A stretch of 51,139 nt of DNA from NCBI GenBank assembly GCA_035290625.1, contig DATDTY010000067.1, forward strand, positions 1 to 51,139, read 5' to 3'. Below are positions 47,173-51,139 of the stretch, one piece after another. The DNA comes from Candidatus Nanoarchaeia archaeon. Its GTDB lineage: Archaea > Nanobdellota > Nanobdellia > Woesearchaeales > DATDTY01. The notes below the pieces were generated by a model. It saw nothing but the letters and a program-made list of their open reading frames with translations, made no database searches and was not told where the DNA came from. A program made the translations under genes and the position numbers. The stretch's first letter is position 1. Every line of letters starts with the position of its first letter.

Positions 47173-48912
47173 TCACACCCCCCACACCGGATTCTCCTTT
47201 CGCATGATTGTTGCGATCTCCTTCAGGACATCGATCTGGTCCTTGGAGAGATATTTCTTGAGCTGCTTCAGCTTCCTGAACTCATCCTCTGTAATGGAAG
47301 AGTAGAGCACCTCTCCCTCCTGGATCTGCCTCCCGACAACAACCCCTGAAAGCGAGACAGCAACCTGCTTTCCGCGATCCGCAGTTGGTATATTCTCCTG
47401 ATCCGCCTGGATCCCTTTGGCCCGTGTGAACTCTTTTCCATCAGCCTTCATCAAAGGAGTGTCAGTTGCAAGCGTTCCTGCAAGGATATCCACCCCTACA
47501 ACAGCAGGATTGCTCTGCCTGAAGACATAGCCTTTCATAAGCTGGATCTTGCACGGCTTCGTTATCCCTTCAAGCTCCCGCTGCTCTCCCTCCTTATGCA
47601 TGCTCGCTTTCCATTTCTCATAATCCTCAAGGAGCCTGTAGATCACATCATGGGTGATGATCTTGACTTTGTCAGACGCAGCAGCCGGAACATTGAAGCC
47701 AAGGATAACTGCAGTCAGGGGATCAAGATTCGACTCAGCATCTGCAATATCTGATTTTGAAATCATGCCTACAGAAGCCTTCCGGACAGGAACAGACTTC
47801 TCCTTCAATAGCTTGGCAAGAGCCTCTAAGCTTCCCAGCGAGTCTGCCTTGAGGATGATGCCTTGCTGGTCTGTCTGGATCAGCACCTCCTCGACTTCCC
47901 TCTGGACTTCCTCTTTGACCTTTTCTACCTCTCCCTCGCCGCAGCCCCGAAGCGGCGCGCCTGCAAGGCTCTTCTCTATGCCAACCGCCAGGATCTTCAC
48001 TCCTGTTGCAGCCCTCACCTCCTGGACAGGCTTGAACTTGCTCTTCTTATCCCTCATCTCACTTAACGGAGCAGGCTCAAATAATCCTTTGACCTTTGTT
48101 GCAAAGGCTCCTTCAGCGCTTCCAACCACAATGATGTCATTCTTCTTTAACGTTCCATCATAGATGATTGCGTCAACAGTTGCTCCAAGCCCTTTCTCCT
48201 CCTTAACCTCAAGAATTGTTCCCTGGCACTTGCCTTCAGATACCGTAAGCTGGCTCTCGAGAAATCTTCCTCCAAGCCCCATCAAGACCATGAGCAGCTC
48301 CGGAATCCCTGCCCCTGTGCTGGCAGAGGTGGGGATGATGGCTATTTGTTTTGTGTAATCAAGGACGCGGTCAAAGCGCTCAGACTCAAATCCGTATTCA
48401 GAGAGTTTTCCAACAATAGTATACAGCTTTTCATCCAGCCTCTTCTGGACTGATTCGTGCTGCTTTGCAATCCGTTGCAGGGCCGATCCTGATGCCTTCT
48501 GCCATCCGGAAATCTGGTCAATCTTGTTTGCTGCAACAACAAATGGCGTTTTGTAGGATTTCAGGATGTCGATGCATTCGATGGTCTGCGGCATCACTCC
48601 CTCATTGATATCAATGACAAGGACGGCAATATCCGCCAGATTCCCTCCTCTCTTCCTTATCGTTGTAAATGCAGCATGCCCCGGAGTGTCAATAAACAGG
48701 ATTCCAGGCACAAGGATCTCCTTTTTTATGGTATCAAGCAATGGCCCGCATATCTTCTGTATCATCCTCAAAGGAACGATAGAGGCTCCGATTGCCTGCG
48801 TGATGGCTCCAGCCTCCCTCTTCACCACAGAGCTCCCTCTGATATAATCCAGGATGCTTGACTTGCCGTGGTCAACATGGCCTACAACGGTTACGATGAT
48901 CTGGCGTTTCAT
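47173..48912 (-). CDS. infB: Translation initiation factor aIF-5B (IF-2)
   Basis: [33 protein letters not shown] and VFRQSNPA motifs. Confidence 0.97.
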   Translation of the reverse strand: MKRQIIVTVVGHVDHGKSSILDYIRGSSVVKREAGAITQAIGASIVPLRMIQKICGPLLDTIKKEILVPGILFIDTPGHAAFTTIRKRGGNLADIAVLVIDINEGVMPQTIECIDILKSYKTPFVVAANKIDQISGWQKASGSALQRIAKQHESVQKRLDEKLYTIVGKLSEYGFESERFDRVLDYTKQIAIIPTSASTGAGIPELLMVLMGLGGRFLESQLTVSEGKCQGTILEVKEEKGLGATVDAIIYDGTLKKNDIIVVGSAEGAFATKVKGLFEPAPLSEMRDKKSKFKPVQEVRAATGVKILAVGIEKSLAGAPLRGCGEGEVEKVKEEVQREVEEVLIQTDQQGIILKADSLGSLEALAKLLKEKSVPVRKASVGMISKSDIADAESNLDPLTAVILGFNVPAAASDKVKIITHDVIYRLLEDYEKWKASMHKEGEQRELEGITKPCKIQLMKGYVFRQSNPAVVGVDILAGTLATDTPLMKADGKEFTRAKGIQADQENIPTADRGKQVAVSLSGVVVGRQIQEGEVLYSSITEDEFRKLKQLKKYLSKDQIDVLKEIATIMRKENPVWGV

Positions 48913-49109
48913 ACCTGTACTGAGTTCAAAGTGGAGTTATAAAGGTTGCGGCGAGCCTGTGAAGATGATTTATGAAAATAGAACACTCACTTCTTGAAAT
49001 ACTTTATAACGGAAAGTGCCTCTGAACAACTGTGCGTTCCCCCCTTTACCCAACACCCTGTCTCCGGGCGATCCAACAAAAGCTCCTCCGCGCTTTCGGC
49101 TATCGGCCT

Positions 49110-49652
49110 TCAGCTTAATATTTCCTCAATTCTGGTAATAAACTCTTCCGCATCCTCCAGGCTGCTGGCCGCATTTTCCCCTGAAATCGCAGGAGTTGCA
49201 TCATATTGCGCAGTTTCTCTTCGTGTTTTGGTTTGGATAAGTTTATTGATCAACTCCTCACTCAACACATATGCTTTCGTCAATTGCTGGATATGCTTAG
49301 CTTCCAGATTCTTCTGTTGATGAACGTAGTGGCGTTCCAAGACCGCGATAGTAGCAGCATGGCTTTTGGACTTAAATCCAAGTCGCGCCAACGCCGCCAG
49401 CGCAGATACATACATTGAATAATATGAGACAATAATCACCCAATCGTACGTTTCAAAATCAGAGGCAAGGGTAAGAACTTTCTTTAACTCCTCCTGTCCG
49501 GAAATCTTAAACATTAAATTCGCAACCGTATAATTTTTTCTTGCTTTTCCCAGGAAGGGTTTTTCAAGTTTTGTGTATTCCTGATCTTTGAGCAGCTGTT
49601 CCTTGCGTAGGTAAGCATCAATTTTCTTCTTCAAAATGTCTATTCTTGCCAT
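49110..49652 (-). CDS. HEPN-domain protein, pair 4
   Basis: SYYSMYVSALAAL...KSH...RETAQY; start MARID at 49652. Confidence 0.85.
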   Translation of the reverse strand: MARIDILKKKIDAYLRKEQLLKDQEYTKLEKPFLGKARKNYTVANLMFKISGQEELKKVLTLASDFETYDWVIIVSYYSMYVSALAALARLGFKSKSHAATIAVLERHYVHQQKNLEAKHIQQLTKAYVLSEELINKLIQTKTRRETAQYDATPAISGENAASSLEDAEEFITRIEEILS

Positions 49653-50281
49653 GCAACTAACCTCCAAAACTGTTCTGAGCCGTACAGCGGGATTCCGTAG
49701 TCTCTGGCTTCTTTTCCAACATTCATCTCCTTAGATTTGAGCATTTTTTTAAATTCTTCTAGGTCAGCTATGAGGGGGCCTATCTTTAGATTATAAGAAT
49801 ACTGATAACTTGCGCATTCTCGCTCTATTGCCTCTCGCGCCGTCTTATTTTTGATATCGCTTACCATAAACAAGAGGTCGGCATCTGAGATTTTTGTAGC
49901 CGTACCTTTTGCATAGCTTCCAAACAGGACAATAGAATGGATCTCAGCAGTAAATGCTGCAGTTATTCTGGAAATCAGGCCTTCGAGAACAGCTTTTAAT
50001 TTAGGATTGGCTTTATACAATGCCTCTTTTTTTGTTAAATCCACTTCTTGGAGAAAATAACGGCATCGAGGGCTGTCAAGATTGAGGAAAGACTGTTTTG
50101 CCCTGCCAACCGTTTTTACAATAATGGCTTTTTCTTTCTCTAACTCAGTGATATGGTTATACGCCGGGCGATATCCTATCTTTAGCTTCTTAGAGAGTTC
50201 TAGGATAGTAAGCCCTCTGCCAAGTTCTTTTCTCAGCCTTCCGATTATTTTCAAAGCAGTTTCTCTTCTCATATTATTCAC
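49640..50281 (-). CDS. wHTH-MNT, pair 4
   Basis: LTILELSKKLKIGYRPAY HTH; LFGSYAKG...SDADLLF. Confidence 0.88.
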   Translation of the reverse strand: MNNMRRETALKIIGRLRKELGRGLTILELSKKLKIGYRPAYNHITELEKEKAIIVKTVGRAKQSFLNLDSPRCRYFLQEVDLTKKEALYKANPKLKAVLEGLISRITAAFTAEIHSIVLFGSYAKGTATKISDADLLFMVSDIKNKTAREAIERECASYQYSYNLKIGPLIADLEEFKKMLKSKEMNVGKEARDYGIPLYGSEQFWRLVAWQE

Positions 50282-50330
50282 TTAATGAATAACATTATTC
50301 ACTTTAGTATATAAAGATTGCTATTCTGGG

Positions 50331-50534
50331 GGCTCAGTAGAAGCTGAGCTTTCCACTGGTGTTTCACCGGTGGCGTAACCTTTTTCTGCAGCCCCCGTCT
50401 CATTTCAGTAAGGCTGCAAAGAAGAGGACCAAAACCAACGTACGCCTTTTGGACACTATCCGTATAGAGTTAAAGGTTTGAGTCAACCTGACGAGTAGGT
50501 ATGATCCGTCTTCCTGCACTAGGTTCTAGATACT
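50331..50534 (+). mobile_element. Hairpin-rich left end upstream of tnpA; starts with the family-B terminus
   Basis: GGCTCAGTAGAA identical to the B TIR start; hairpins GCTCAG/CTGAGC, CCACTGGTG/CACCGGTGG and TGCAGCC/GGCTGCA. Confidence 0.55.
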
Positions 50535-50564
50535 TTGAACTCTAAAAAACTTTCAGGTGATACT

Positions 50565-50750
50565 ATGAAAACAAATCCAACCAGATACAGCTCTGCTGTA
50601 GGAGAGATATGGGTTATGGCAACATTCAAGGTCAAATACTGCCATAAGGTATTTGACATACGGGCAGTGAGAGAACTCTGCCTTGTTCTCTTTTATGGGG
50701 CATTTGCCTTCTATGGTATACGCTGGAGAAAGATAGCCTTTGATTCAGAT
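50565..50750 (+). pseudogene. tnpA: IS200/IS605 Y1 transposase, N-terminal fragment
   Basis: FKVKYCHKVF...YGI...IAFDSD resembles the TnpA N-terminus; breaks just before the expected HUH motif. Confidence 0.65.
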
Positions 50751-51139
50751 AAGGGGGATTTTTGCCGGAGAAAACAAGCACGTTACAATAATCAATTCAG
50801 ATGGAGTCACAGAAGGATACATAGCCAAAGGAGCTGATATTATTGTGGATGCAGCTCAAACCGGAAATTCTCTTGAGGAGTATGGTTTGAGGGAGCTTGA
50901 GCAAATTATGGAATCAAGCGCAGGGCTGTATGCAGGGAAAACGTGTACAGGATGGAAAGAGCAAAAGGCGCATCAGATCTTTGAAATGCTGAAGGGCACC
51001 GTAAATGCTAAAACATATTCTGACCTGGAATTCAATGTTCCAGATTCCAATCTTGGCCAACTGGTGGAATCGCTCTCCAGAGAAGGAATGTTTGCAGACG
51101 AGCCTACCATCTCAAGAGGGAAGGATTTCTCTGCCGTAA
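50740..51139 (+). pseudogene. hisG: 5'-truncated ATP phosphoribosyltransferase (long form), runs off the window
   Basis: Unlisted frame: NSDGVTEGYIAKGADIIVDAAQTGNSLEEYGLRELEQIMESSAGLY...FNVP...EPTIS; in-frame stop at 50734-50736. Confidence 0.75.

Overview
This is an archaeal chromosomal segment. aEF-1a, aEF-2, aIF-2gamma, aIF-5B, S6e/S10/S28e/L24e/L7Ae and BRE-TATA promoters mark it as archaeal; the compact layout and gene set suggest a DPANN, Woesearchaeota-like host (inference). Core translation and pyrimidine genes are interleaved with accessory cassettes: four wHTH-MNT/HEPN pairs, Fic, a DpnI-family nuclease, two Bro-N genes, a three-gene caspase/gingipain-like module, an AT-rich membrane-protein/HEPN island and an AT-rich 8-gene MetRS-led operon. 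Features missing from the ORF track include two tRNAs (Glu-CTC, Ser-TGA) with BHB introns in the T-loop (59/60), L24e, several gene remnants (vapBC, DNA MTase, tnpA, hisG) and at least four families of short structured dispersed repeats. These repeats are stacked and nested at 1-654, several have target-site duplications, and most sit 11-16 bp upstream of a TATA box. Both Bro-N homologues carry a codon-centred DNA palindrome at the same position. No CRISPR array or rRNA was seen. All calls are by eye; no searches were run.
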